Shown: piece after piece, positions 50,407 to 59,081 of the stretch | How positions within the stretch are numbered: the stretch's first letter is position 1 | How the letters are laid out: every line of letters starts with the position of its first letter | Assembly (NCBI GenBank): GCA_963741945.1 | Contig: CAVUKA010000005.1 | Span: 512,001-576,000 of the forward strand | Origin: an uncultured Gemmatimonadales bacterium | GTDB taxonomy: Bacteria > Gemmatimonadota > Gemmatimonadetes > Longimicrobiales > RSA9 | DNA: 64,000 nt | Direction of reading: 5' to 3' | The notes under the pieces: model-generated | Databases searched by the model: none | What the model was told of the DNA's origin: nothing | What the model saw: only the letters and a program-made list of their open reading frames with translations | Program-made: the position numbers and the translations under genes

Positions 50407-51213
50407 TCAGCGCGGCCAGCTCGCCTCCAGGACGGCGGGGATGACCCGGTGCCCGCCGGGGTACCGGGTCACCTCCGCCGCCAACCCCCGCCCCGACAGC
50501 CACTCCATTCCCACCCGCGACCGCTCCCCCGCCCACGCATCATCGGCTCCCACCACGAACCGGATCCGGCTGCCCCGCAGCGCTGCCGCCGCGCTCTCCG
50601 GCAGATCGTGCGCCAGCCCGCCCGCCCAGAGGATCAGCTCCGCCGGACGGATCCGCCCCAGTGACACCCAGCGCGATGCCGCCGCCGCGCCCTGCGAGAA
50701 GCCCAGCACCCGGACGCTGCGCCCTTCCGGGGGGAGCAGCCCGGCCGCGTCGCCGCCACGAGCGGGATCCCGCGGCGGCTCGGAGGGGGGCGGCTCCAGC
50801 AGCGCCCCGGCCAGGCGGTCGAGGTACTCCACGGTGTCGCGGATCTCGTGCTCCCGGTCCTCGCGCGTCATCCACGTGGCACCCACCCGCGACGCCGGGC
50901 CGTGCTCGCCCTCGCCCTCGCCCTCGCCCTCGCCCGCATCGATGTAGAAACGGGACAGCGCTTCGGGCGCTACCACCGCCCGCGCACCATCCCGTACTCC
51001 CGGCAGCCGCGCGAACCGACCGATGAACCGCCCCGCCAGCTGACCGTAGCCGTGCAGGACGAACCAGACCTCGCTCGCCCGCGCAGGGTCCCCCAGCACC
51101 TGGTAGCGCGCCGTTCGCGACACCCGGATCCACCCCGCCCGCGACTCCCCCACCGGCCCGGACGGCGCGGGGGGAGAGCCGTCCCCGCGCCCGCCCATCC
51201 CGATGCCGCTCAC
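50407..51213 (-). CDS. Alpha/beta hydrolase (phospholipase/carboxylesterase-like)
   Basis: 'VLHGYGQ', 'APEALSRFY', nucleophile elbow 'GFSQG', 'YPGGH'. Confidence 0.88.
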   Translation of the reverse strand: MSGIGMGGRGDGSPPAPSGPVGESRAGWIRVSRTARYQVLGDPARASEVWFVLHGYGQLAGRFIGRFARLPGVRDGARAVVAPEALSRFYIDAGEGEGEGEGEHGPASRVGATWMTREDREHEIRDTVEYLDRLAGALLEPPPSEPPRDPARGGDAAGLLPPEGRSVRVLGFSQGAAAASRWVSLGRIRPAELILWAGGLAHDLPESAAAALRGSRIRFVVGADDAWAGERSRVGMEWLSGRGLAAEVTRYPGGHRVIPAVLEASWPR

Positions 51214-51704
51214 TACTCCGCCGACCGGCTCCCGAACTTCGAGTCCAGCATCAGCAGCGCGGCCTTGTTCTCCCCGGCCATCGCCAACTGGTCCACTGCC
51301 CTGCCCGTGCTGTCCTCCTCCTCCACCTGCTCCGTGATGAACCACTGGAGCATCACCTGCGTGGGGTAGTCGCTCGCCTTCTGCGCCGCCTCGTAGATCT
51401 TCCCGATCAGACCCGTCACCTTCCGCTCGTGCTCCAGCGCCGCCTTGAACGCCTCGTGCGGCGTGCCGAAATCGTGCGGCGGCTCGTCGATCTGCTTCAG
51501 CGACACGGCCTCGCCACGCTCCACCAGATAGTCGAACAGCCGCATCGCGTGCCCCGTCTCCTCCTTCGCCTGCGCCCGCATCCAGCTCGCGAACCCGTCG
51601 TAGTTGTGCGCCTCGAAGTGCGCCGCCATCGAGAGATAGAGGTAGCCGGCGTAGAACTCGTGGGCCACCTGGTCGTTGATCAGCTCCTTCACCTTGCTGT
51701 CCAT
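51213..51704 (-). CDS. ftnA: Non-heme ferritin
   Basis: 'HEFYAGYLYLSM', 'QAKEETGHA', 'LEHE', 'LQWFITEQVEEE' ferroxidase residues. Confidence 0.93.
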   Translation of the reverse strand: MDSKVKELINDQVAHEFYAGYLYLSMAAHFEAHNYDGFASWMRAQAKEETGHAMRLFDYLVERGEAVSLKQIDEPPHDFGTPHEAFKAALEHERKVTGLIGKIYEAAQKASDYPTQVMLQWFITEQVEEEDSTGRAVDQLAMAGENKAALLMLDSKFGSRSAE

Positions 51705-51727
51705 GCTCGCTCCGTCCTCTTTCCGTA

Positions 51728-51775
51728 AGTAAGAATCATTATTGTTAACCTACCCGCCTCGCGCCCCCGGGTCAA
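51728..51775 (-). promoter_or_regulatory. sigma70 promoter with a Fur/PerR-like box for ferritin
   Basis: Minus strand TTGACC (51775-51770)-N17-TAGGTT (51752-51747). AGTAAGAATCATTATTGTT (51728-51746) matches 14/19 to the AATGATAATCATTATCATT Fur-type palindrome. Confidence 0.6.
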
Positions 51776-51788
51776 GCCCGCAGGTGCA

Positions 51789-51923
51789 CAGGGCCAGGCT
51801 CCACAATCCACATTCTGGCCGTATGAACGCATCCTGTTCCCCTTCCGCCAGGGGGCAACGGCGTCATAGTGGGACAGCCGCATGACGGAAGTGGCCATTT
51901 GTGGATTGTGGAGCCTGGCCCTG
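51789..51923. repeat. Perfect 24-bp inverted repeat enclosing 87 bp
   Basis: CAGGGCCAGGCTCCACAATCCACA (51789-51812) and TGTGGATTGTGGAGCCTGGCCCTG (51900-51923). Confidence 0.9.
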
Positions 51924-51998
51924 GCCCGCAGCATGGCGCGGGCCATGGGCGTCTGGTAACATAGGGCGCCGCGAAACCGGACAGGGGGGAACCGAGGT

Positions 51999-54383
51999 AT
52001 GTCGCACCTGCTGCTTGCGTTAGCCATAGCCATTCCGGCCGGGGGCGTTGCGCCCGGTGCGGGCGCTGAGCCGCCGTCGGCCTGGCCGGCGCTCCAGGCC
52101 CCGGCGGACAGCGCCGAGTACCGGGGGGACCGGGGTGAGCTGTCCGTCCGGGTGCCTCGCCTGCCGGAAGCCGGTATCCGCGTGGACGGTCGGCTGGACG
52201 AGGCCGCGTGGGGGGAGGCCGCGCGGCTGACCGGCTTCACGCAGTACCAGCCGGTGGAGGGGATCGCGGCGTCGCAGCCCACGGAAGTGCGGGTGCTGTA
52301 CACGTCGGAAGCCATGTACTTCGGCATCCGCGCGTACGACTCGGACCCGTCGGCCATCCGGGCCACGCTGACGGACCGGGATGGCGGCGTGGAGTCGGAT
52401 GACTGGGTCCGGATCATCCTGGACACGTTCCACGACAACACGCAGGCGTACGTCTTCTATGTCAATCCGCTGGGAATCCAGGCGGACGGGCTGTGGGTGG
52501 AGGGTGCGGAGCAGCATTTCGGCCCGCCGATCGACTTCAACCCGGACTTCCTGTGGGAATCGGCGGGCGAGGTCACGGCCGACGGCTGGGTGGCGGAGAT
52601 CCGGATCCCGTACGTGGGGCTCCGCTTCCGCGACCTGGCGGAGCAGAGCTGGGGCATCAACGTGGCGCGCTCGATCCAGCGGTCGGAGTACCAGTCGTCG
52701 TGGGCACCGCTGACGCAGGACGCGGCGAACCAGCTGGAGCTCAACGGCGCGCTGGTGGGGCTGACGGGGCTGCACCCTCGTCGCCTGGTGGAGATCAACC
52801 CGGTGGCCACGGGGAAGCGAACGGGGGAGCGCGTGGCGACGGGCGCGTTCGAGCGCGACTCCTTCTCGCCGGAGCTCGGCGTGAACGCGCGGCTGGGGCT
52901 GAGCAGCAACCTGATCCTCGACGCCACGGTGAATCCCGACTTCTCGCAGGTGGAGGCGGACGCGGACCAGGTGTCGGTGAACGAGCGGTTCGCCCTCTAC
53001 TTCCCCGAGAAGCGGCCGTTCTTCCTGGATGGCACGGAAGTCTTCAACACGCCCCAGCAGCTGGTCTACACGCGAGCGATCGTCGACCCGGTGGGCGGGG
53101 CGAAGCTCACGGGGAAGACGGGCGCGTTCAAGATGGGCTACCTGGGGGCACTGGACCGGAGCCCGGTCACGTTCGGGAGCGCGTCGCAGGACGCCCTCTT
53201 CAACCTCGTGCGGGTCCGCGGGGACCTGGGCTCGGGGTCCAGCGTGGGCGCGCTGTACACGGACCGGACGCTCCTGGGCGGCGAGGGGTTCAACCGCGTG
53301 GGCTCGCTCGACAGCCGCCTCATCCTGGCCGGGCGCTACACGCTCACGGCGCAGCTCGCGGGCGCCTGGTCGAAGGAGGAAGACGACGCCGGGACCCCGT
53401 CCACCCTGTTCGGCCCCCTCTTCTACGCCCAGCTCGCGCGCAGCGGCTGGGGGTTGTCCTGGGATGTCTCCGCCGAGGACGTGCACCCGGACTTCCGCGC
53501 CCGCAGCGGGTTCATCCGCCGCATCGGAGACGCCCGGCTGGCGGCCGAGGCCCAGTACACGTTCCACAACCAGGCGGGCGCGTTCCTGGAGGACTGGAGC
53601 CCGCAGGTCGAGGCGGAAGCCTACTTCGATCACGAGGACCTGTGGGCGGGCCGCCGCTACCAGGAGGCCAGCGTGCAGGCGGGCCTCGACATCAGCCTGC
53701 GCGGTCCGAACGGCGGCCAGGGCGAGGTGTCGTACGGCTACTTCGCGTTCGATCCGGCCGACTACGCCGGCTACGAGCGTCCGGCCGCGGGCGCCGGCTA
53801 CATCCCCATGGAAGCGCGCGCTCCCCTGTCCGGCCTCCTCCGCCTCCACGCCTTCGGCCGGTCGCAGCCCGTGTCCTGGCTCTCGCTCCACCTGGACGGC
53901 TCCTACGGCGAGGTGCCCATCTACGCGGAAGCCTCCCGCGGCGTGGAGCTGGGGCTCGAGCCGAGCGCCAACATCAGTTTCCGCAACGGGCTCTCCGCCG
54001 ACCTCTCCTTCACCTACTCCCGCATCCGCCGGGCTGGCGGCGGCGGCCGCTTCAGCGTGGCCCAGATCCCGCGCGTCAAGATCCGGTATCAGCTCACGCG
54101 TGCGCTCTTCACGCGCGCCATCCTGCAGTACAACCTGGAGGAGCGCGATGCCCTGCGCTGGTCGGACGGGCTGCCGCTCCGCGTCAATGGCGACATCAGC
54201 ACCCCCGACGACCGTGGCGAAGTCCAGTACGACCTCCTCGTGGGCTACGAGCCGTCGCCGGGCACCGTGGTCTACGCCGGCTGGACCCGTACGCGCGTGG
54301 GGCCGAACACCTACCGGTTCGGCCGGCTCGAGCCCTCGGCCGAAGGGCTGTTCCTGAAAGTCAGCTACCTCTTCCGCCTCTGA
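51999..54383 (+). CDS. CBM9-like + DUF5916 domain secreted/outer-membrane protein
   Basis: Signal peptide; 'RVDGRLDEAAW', 'WVAEIRIPY', 'LDATVNPDFSQVEAD...FPEKRPFFL'; terminal 'FLKVSYLFRL' beta-signal. Confidence 0.85.
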   Translation: MSHLLLALAIAIPAGGVAPGAGAEPPSAWPALQAPADSAEYRGDRGELSVRVPRLPEAGIRVDGRLDEAAWGEAARLTGFTQYQPVEGIAASQPTEVRVLYTSEAMYFGIRAYDSDPSAIRATLTDRDGGVESDDWVRIILDTFHDNTQAYVFYVNPLGIQADGLWVEGAEQHFGPPIDFNPDFLWESAGEVTADGWVAEIRIPYVGLRFRDLAEQSWGINVARSIQRSEYQSSWAPLTQDAANQLELNGALVGLTGLHPRRLVEINPVATGKRTGERVATGAFERDSFSPELGVNARLGLSSNLILDATVNPDFSQVEADADQVSVNERFALYFPEKRPFFLDGTEVFNTPQQLVYTRAIVDPVGGAKLTGKTGAFKMGYLGALDRSPVTFGSASQDALFNLVRVRGDLGSGSSVGALYTDRTLLGGEGFNRVGSLDSRLILAGRYTLTAQLAGAWSKEEDDAGTPSTLFGPLFYAQLARSGWGLSWDVSAEDVHPDFRARSGFIRRIGDARLAAEAQYTFHNQAGAFLEDWSPQVEAEAYFDHEDLWAGRRYQEASVQAGLDISLRGPNGGQGEVSYGYFAFDPADYAGYERPAAGAGYIPMEARAPLSGLLRLHAFGRSQPVSWLSLHLDGSYGEVPIYAEASRGVELGLEPSANISFRNGLSADLSFTYSRIRRAGGGGRFSVAQIPRVKIRYQLTRALFTRAILQYNLEERDALRWSDGLPLRVNGDISTPDDRGEVQYDLLVGYEPSPGTVVYAGWTRTRVGPNTYRFGRLEPSAEGLFLKVSYLFRL

Positions 54384-54697
54384 TCCGGCGGCCCCGCCGC
54401 CGCTCCCCGGGCTCCGCGTCGCCACCGTGTTGTGGGCCGGACCGGGGATCGTCCCATCCCGCTACAAAGTTGCCGGTCGCACCCTGTCGCAACGGCCCGC
54501 GCTGACCCCGTAACACGAGGTCCGCCAGAGACTTGGGGGGCGGCCCCCTCCGGGGCACAGGCATTGCCCTTCTGCCGGGTCAGCATTGAACTCCCATACC
54601 GCTCCGCCGATGCTGGCGGGCTCCGGTGCGTTCACAGACGCTCGCCGGGCGGCCCGGACGGCCTCGCAATGAAGCGCAGGAAGGGCTGACGGGAACG

Positions 54698-55855
54698 ATG
54701 AACCAGGCCTCGGGAACGCAGGGGAGCGCAGGGGCTCGGCCTCACGGGGGCGGCCCGGCGCTGGCGGTGCTCGCACTCCAGGGGGGCGCCCCGTTCTGGC
54801 GGAAGCTGCAGCCGGACTGGCCGATGGTCGCGATGGAAGTGACCATCGTGCTGCTCATGCTGACGCTGGTCGGGTTCCTCATTGCCGCGCTGCTGCTGCG
54901 GCGGCGGAACAACCGCAAGGCGGAGCACTGGGGGTCCCTCGAGCGAACCTGGAGCTCGCTGCTCCGCGCCGTGTGCGACGGCTCGGCGGACAGCGCGGCG
55001 ATCCGCTCGACGATCGCGCCGCGCGAAGAGCTGTTCTTCGTCGACTTCCTCTACAAGCGGGCGCTTCAGACCGACGACCCGGAGGACCGGGCCACGCTTT
55101 CACGGCTGGCGACGCCGTACCTGCCGCGCATCGCGTCGCGCACCCGCGGGGGCGACCCCGAGCGGCGGGCCCGGGCGGTGAAAACGCTGGCGGAGCTGGG
55201 CGGGAAGAGCCACGGGCACCTGCTGGTGGCGGCGCTCGATGACCCCTCGCCGCTGGTGGCCATGAGCGCGGCCCGCGGACTGGCGCAGTCGGCGGGGGCG
55301 AGCAGCGTGCGCGAGATCGTGAGCCGCATCGGCCGTTTCAGCGACTGGAACCGCCGCTTTCTGCGGGCGACGCTCACGCAGCTCGGGCCGCCGGCGATCC
55401 CGGCGCTCCGCGACATCGTGCGCGAGCGGCCGCTGGCGCCCGGCGTTCGGGCGGTATGCATGGACGCGCTGGCGGAGCTGGACGACCGCGGCGCCGCGGA
55501 GCTGGCGGAGCTGGCGCTGTGGACGGAAGAGGACGTGGACCTGCGCGCTGCGGCGCTCCGGCTGCTCCGGCGGTGCGGCGGGCCGGAGCACGCGGAAGTG
55601 GTGCGCCCGCTGTGCGCGCACGAGGACCCGGTGATCCGGGCGCAGGCGGTGGGGACGCTGGCGACGATCGGAGAGGAGAGGGACATGGCCGTGCTCGAAA
55701 GAGCGGTGCACGACCCGTCCGCGTGGGTGGCGCTGCACGCGGCGCGGGGGCTGAAGTCCCGGGGCCGTTCGGGGTTCCTGCGGCGCGCCATGGAATCGGA
55801 GGACGCGTCGGCCCCGGCCGGGCTCGCCCTCCAGGTGCTGCTGGAGGAGGGCTGA
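54698..55855 (+). CDS. Membrane-anchored HEAT-repeat protein
   Basis: N-terminal TM; repeated 'ALDDPSPLVAMSAARGL', 'HEDPVIRAQAVGTL', 'HDPSAWVALHAARGL'; start uncertain. Confidence 0.85.
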   Translation: MNQASGTQGSAGARPHGGGPALAVLALQGGAPFWRKLQPDWPMVAMEVTIVLLMLTLVGFLIAALLLRRRNNRKAEHWGSLERTWSSLLRAVCDGSADSAAIRSTIAPREELFFVDFLYKRALQTDDPEDRATLSRLATPYLPRIASRTRGGDPERRARAVKTLAELGGKSHGHLLVAALDDPSPLVAMSAARGLAQSAGASSVREIVSRIGRFSDWNRRFLRATLTQLGPPAIPALRDIVRERPLAPGVRAVCMDALAELDDRGAAELAELALWTEEDVDLRAAALRLLRRCGGPEHAEVVRPLCAHEDPVIRAQAVGTLATIGEERDMAVLERAVHDPSAWVALHAARGLKSRGRSGFLRRAMESEDASAPAGLALQVLLEEG

Positions 55856-55856
55856 C

Positions 55857-57407
55857 ATGGGCGCGCACATCCTGCTGCTGGCGCTGATCGTCCTGAACGT
55901 GGTGGTGTTCGGGTACTTCCTGATCCTTAACGGCTACTACCTGGTCACCAGCCTCACGTCCTTCCGCGCGCTGCGGCGCTACGCCCGGCGGCTCAACTCG
56001 CTGGACATCGAGGACATCATGCAGGCGGGTGGCGCGCCGCCCGTGTCGCTGATGGTGCCGGCGTACAACGAGTCGGTGGGGATCGCGGACTCCGTCCGCT
56101 CGCTCCTGGACCTGCGCTACCCGGACTACGAGATCCTGGTCATCAACGACGGCTCCACCAATGACACCCTCGACGTTCTGCGGAGCGCGTTCGACCTGCG
56201 CCCGTCCGCGCGCGTCCCGACGGCGGAGCTCGGGCACGGCAAGGTCCGCGGGCTCTATCGCAGCCGCAGCCACCCGTTCCTCTGGGTGATCGACAAGGAG
56301 AACGGTGGCAAGGCGGACGCCCTGAACGTGGCGCTCGACTACTGCCAGGCGCCGTTCTTCTGCTCGCTCGACGCGGACAGCGCGCTCGAGCGGGATGCGC
56401 TGCTCCGGCTGATCCGCCCGTTCCTGGAGAACGCGAACACCGTGGCGGCCGGCGGCATCGTCCGGGTGGCCAACGGCTCGACGTTCGAGGATGGCAGGGT
56501 GGTGGACATCCGCCTGCCCCGGAAGCTCCTGCCGCAGCTGCAGGTGGTGGAGTACCTGCGCGCTTTCCTGGCCGGGCGCATGGGGTGGTCCAGCCTCAAC
56601 GTCATGCTCATCGTCTCGGGCGCGTTCGGCATGTTCCGCCGCGCCGCCGTGGTGGACGTGGGCGGCTACGCAAGCGACACGGTGGGCGAGGACATGGAGC
56701 TGACGCTCCGGCTCCACCGCCGCTTCCGCGAGGCGGGCGAGCCGTACGAGATCGCGTTCGTCCCCGACCCGGTGGCGTGGACGGAAGTCCCCGAGCGCCT
56801 GGGCGACCTGGGCCGCCAGCGCGACCGGTGGCAGCGCGGGCTGATCCAGAGCCTGGCCAAGCACCGGAAGATGCTCTTCCGCCCCAAGTACGGACGCATC
56901 GGCATGGTGGCCTTCCCCTACTTCTGGTTCATGGAAGGCTTCGGCCCGGTGGTCGAGCTGGTGGGCTACGTCGCATTCATCACCGCCGTCCTCCTCGGCT
57001 GGGCGTCCACCACGTACGTGGCCGCCTTCCTCATCGTGGCCGTGATCTTCGGCGTCCTGCTCTCCGTGGCCGCCGTGGCGCTCGAGGAGCTCGTGTTCCG
57101 GCGCTACCAGCACCCGGCGGACTTCAGGCGCATGCTGGTCCTCTCCGTCATCGAGAGCTTCGGCTTCCGCCAGCTGCTCACGTTGTGGCGCTTCCGCGGC
57201 GTGCTCTCCGCATTCCTGGGCAGCCAGGAGTGGGGCCACAAGCAGCGGCACGGCGTCATCCATCACCGCGAGGACCGCGAGGACCGCGAAGCGGGCGATG
57301 TGGTCGGGGAGCGGGACGGGCGCGCGCAGGATGAAGCACACGAGGAGAGTGGAGGCCGCGGCGTCCGGCCGGTGGAGCCGCTCGTGGCCGTGGAGCGATC
57401 GGCATGA
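55857..57407 (+). CDS. Processive GT2 glycosyltransferase (PgaC/IcaA-like polysaccharide synthase)
   Basis: 'VPAYNE', 'INDGS', 'KENGGKADALN', 'LDADS', 'GEDMEL', 'QRDRW'; flanking TM helices. Confidence 0.92.
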   Translation: MGAHILLLALIVLNVVVFGYFLILNGYYLVTSLTSFRALRRYARRLNSLDIEDIMQAGGAPPVSLMVPAYNESVGIADSVRSLLDLRYPDYEILVINDGSTNDTLDVLRSAFDLRPSARVPTAELGHGKVRGLYRSRSHPFLWVIDKENGGKADALNVALDYCQAPFFCSLDADSALERDALLRLIRPFLENANTVAAGGIVRVANGSTFEDGRVVDIRLPRKLLPQLQVVEYLRAFLAGRMGWSSLNVMLIVSGAFGMFRRAAVVDVGGYASDTVGEDMELTLRLHRRFREAGEPYEIAFVPDPVAWTEVPERLGDLGRQRDRWQRGLIQSLAKHRKMLFRPKYGRIGMVAFPYFWFMEGFGPVVELVGYVAFITAVLLGWASTTYVAAFLIVAVIFGVLLSVAAVALEELVFRRYQHPADFRRMLVLSVIESFGFRQLLTLWRFRGVLSAFLGSQEWGHKQRHGVIHHREDREDREAGDVVGERDGRAQDEAHEESGGRGVRPVEPLVAVERSA

Positions 57408-57457
57408 GAACGCGAGCGTGGATGCGCGAACGAGCGATGCGCGAAGGAGCTGCAGCC

Positions 57458-59059
57458 GTGAAGAAGCTTGTCCTGGCCGCCTGCTTCCTGGCCGTGGCGG
57501 CCCCCGCCACCGGGCAGGTCGGGGACTCGGCCAACACCGCCTGGATCCGCGGCGACGTGCAGGCCGCCGCGCGGCTGTACGAGCAGCGCCTGGCGCAGGA
57601 TTCCAGCGACATCAGCGCGCTGCACCGGCTGGCGCTGGCGAAAGCGTGGAACCGGCAGTTCGACGAGAGCCTGCCCCTGTTCGAGCGCCTGCTCCGCATG
57701 GACCCGGGCAACACGGAAGTTCGCCTCCACGAGGCCAACGCCCTGGCCTGGGCGGGGCGGCTGGACGACGCCCGCCGCCAGGCGGAAGCGGTGCTGCGGG
57801 AGCAGCCGGGTGACACGGCGGCCATCTCGGCCCTCGCCCGCTTCAGCGGGTGGGCCGGGCGCTACGAGGACTCCCGCCGCTACTACCGCCAGGTGCTGCG
57901 GCTGGACCCGGACAACGTGGAAGCGGCGAAAGGGCTCGCCCGCGTCGCGGCGTGGAGCGGACACCTGCGTGAAAGCGAGCGCCGCTGGCGCGAGGTGCTC
58001 GCCGCACAGCCCGGCGACGTGGACGCGCTGGTGGGGCTCGCGGCCACGCTCCGCTGGCAGGGGCGGACTTCCGCGGGGCTCGACGTCCTGGACCGGGCGG
58101 AGCGGCTGGCGCCCGAGAATGCCGACGTGGAAGCGCAGCGCCGCTGGCTGCTCGCCGCGGCGGGGCCGAGCCTGGCCCCCGGCTACCTGTACGAGAGCGA
58201 CTCCGACGGCAACCGGGCGGAGACGTTCCGCCTGGCCGGCTCGTGGCTGGTGGCGCGCCGCGTGGGGCTGCGCTTCACGGCCGACACCCGCGACTTCACC
58301 CAGGAGACGGGGCTCGCCCGCGAGAGCTCGGCGCGCCGCGCCGACCTGGTGCTCAGCCTGGGGCTCGGCGCCGGCTGGACCCTCTCGGGGGGCGGCGGGG
58401 TGAGGACCGGGGACGGGGCCACGCAGGAGTCCATGGGGCTCTGGCAGGCGGCCCTGTCGTCGCCCACGTACCTCCCGGTGAGCGCGTCGCTGAGCGCGAG
58501 CCGCAGCGCGTTCGACTACACGGCGCAGCTGGCGCAGAACAACGTGGCGGTGGAGGAGGCGTCGCTGGGCCTGAGCTCGGTGCTGCTGGCGCGGCGCCTG
58601 CGCCTGAGCGCGCGCGGAGGCATCGCCCGCTTCCTGGCCGCCGAGGACAACACCCGCTGGCTGGCCAATGCCCGGGTCTCGTTCCATCCCGTCCCCGTCT
58701 TCTCGGTGGGCGTGAACGGCCGCGGCTTCGGCTTCGAGAAGGACCTGGCGGAAGGCTACTGGGACCCGACGTTCTACGGCCTCGTCGAAGTGCCGCTCGG
58801 GCTTTCGCTGGAAACGGACCACTTCTTCGGCGGCGCCGAAGTGGCGCCCGGCTACCAGACCGTGGACCACCCGGTCATCCAGGTGGACCACGGCGCGCTC
58901 CGGGCCGATGCCCGCATCGGATTCCGCTTCGCTCCCGGCCGGCAGATCGCCATCTCGGGCACCGTGGCCAACTCCGGCGTCCAGAGAGTCTCCCCCGTCC
59001 CGGACGCGCAGTACGAGTACCGGGCCGTGAACGTCATGCTCAGCTGGTCGCTCCGCTGA
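57458..59059 (+). CDS. TPR protein with predicted C-terminal outer-membrane beta-barrel
   Basis: GTG after AAGGAG; signal peptide; about 6 TPRs ('DPGN', 'QPGD', 'DPDN', 'APEN'); amphipathic strands ending 'VNVMLSWSLR'. Confidence 0.8.
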   Translation: MKKLVLAACFLAVAAPATGQVGDSANTAWIRGDVQAAARLYEQRLAQDSSDISALHRLALAKAWNRQFDESLPLFERLLRMDPGNTEVRLHEANALAWAGRLDDARRQAEAVLREQPGDTAAISALARFSGWAGRYEDSRRYYRQVLRLDPDNVEAAKGLARVAAWSGHLRESERRWREVLAAQPGDVDALVGLAATLRWQGRTSAGLDVLDRAERLAPENADVEAQRRWLLAAAGPSLAPGYLYESDSDGNRAETFRLAGSWLVARRVGLRFTADTRDFTQETGLARESSARRADLVLSLGLGAGWTLSGGGGVRTGDGATQESMGLWQAALSSPTYLPVSASLSASRSAFDYTAQLAQNNVAVEEASLGLSSVLLARRLRLSARGGIARFLAAEDNTRWLANARVSFHPVPVFSVGVNGRGFGFEKDLAEGYWDPTFYGLVEVPLGLSLETDHFFGGAEVAPGYQTVDHPVIQVDHGALRADARIGFRFAPGRQIAISGTVANSGVQRVSPVPDAQYEYRAVNVMLSWSLR

Positions 59060-59081
59060 GGACGTGAGGGAAAGGGCGACG

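Noticed and set aside
50905-50935. (CTCGCC)5 microsatellite encoding GEGEGEGEGE in the esterase
   Set aside because: Short in-frame low-complexity loop; common in this sequence and not informative by itself.
51801-51912. DnaA boxes / oriC (AATCCACA motifs)
   Set aside because: Only partial matches to TTATCCACA, confined to the inverted repeat arms; no dnaA/dnaN context.
54490-54600. c-di-AMP (ydaO) or c-di-GMP-I riboswitch call
   Set aside because: It shares GCTGA/TCAGC and TTGGGG fragments but lacks the other conserved motifs (GGGGGACCC, TAACC..GTAGGC; GAAA/CGCAAAG). Not supportable without Infernal.
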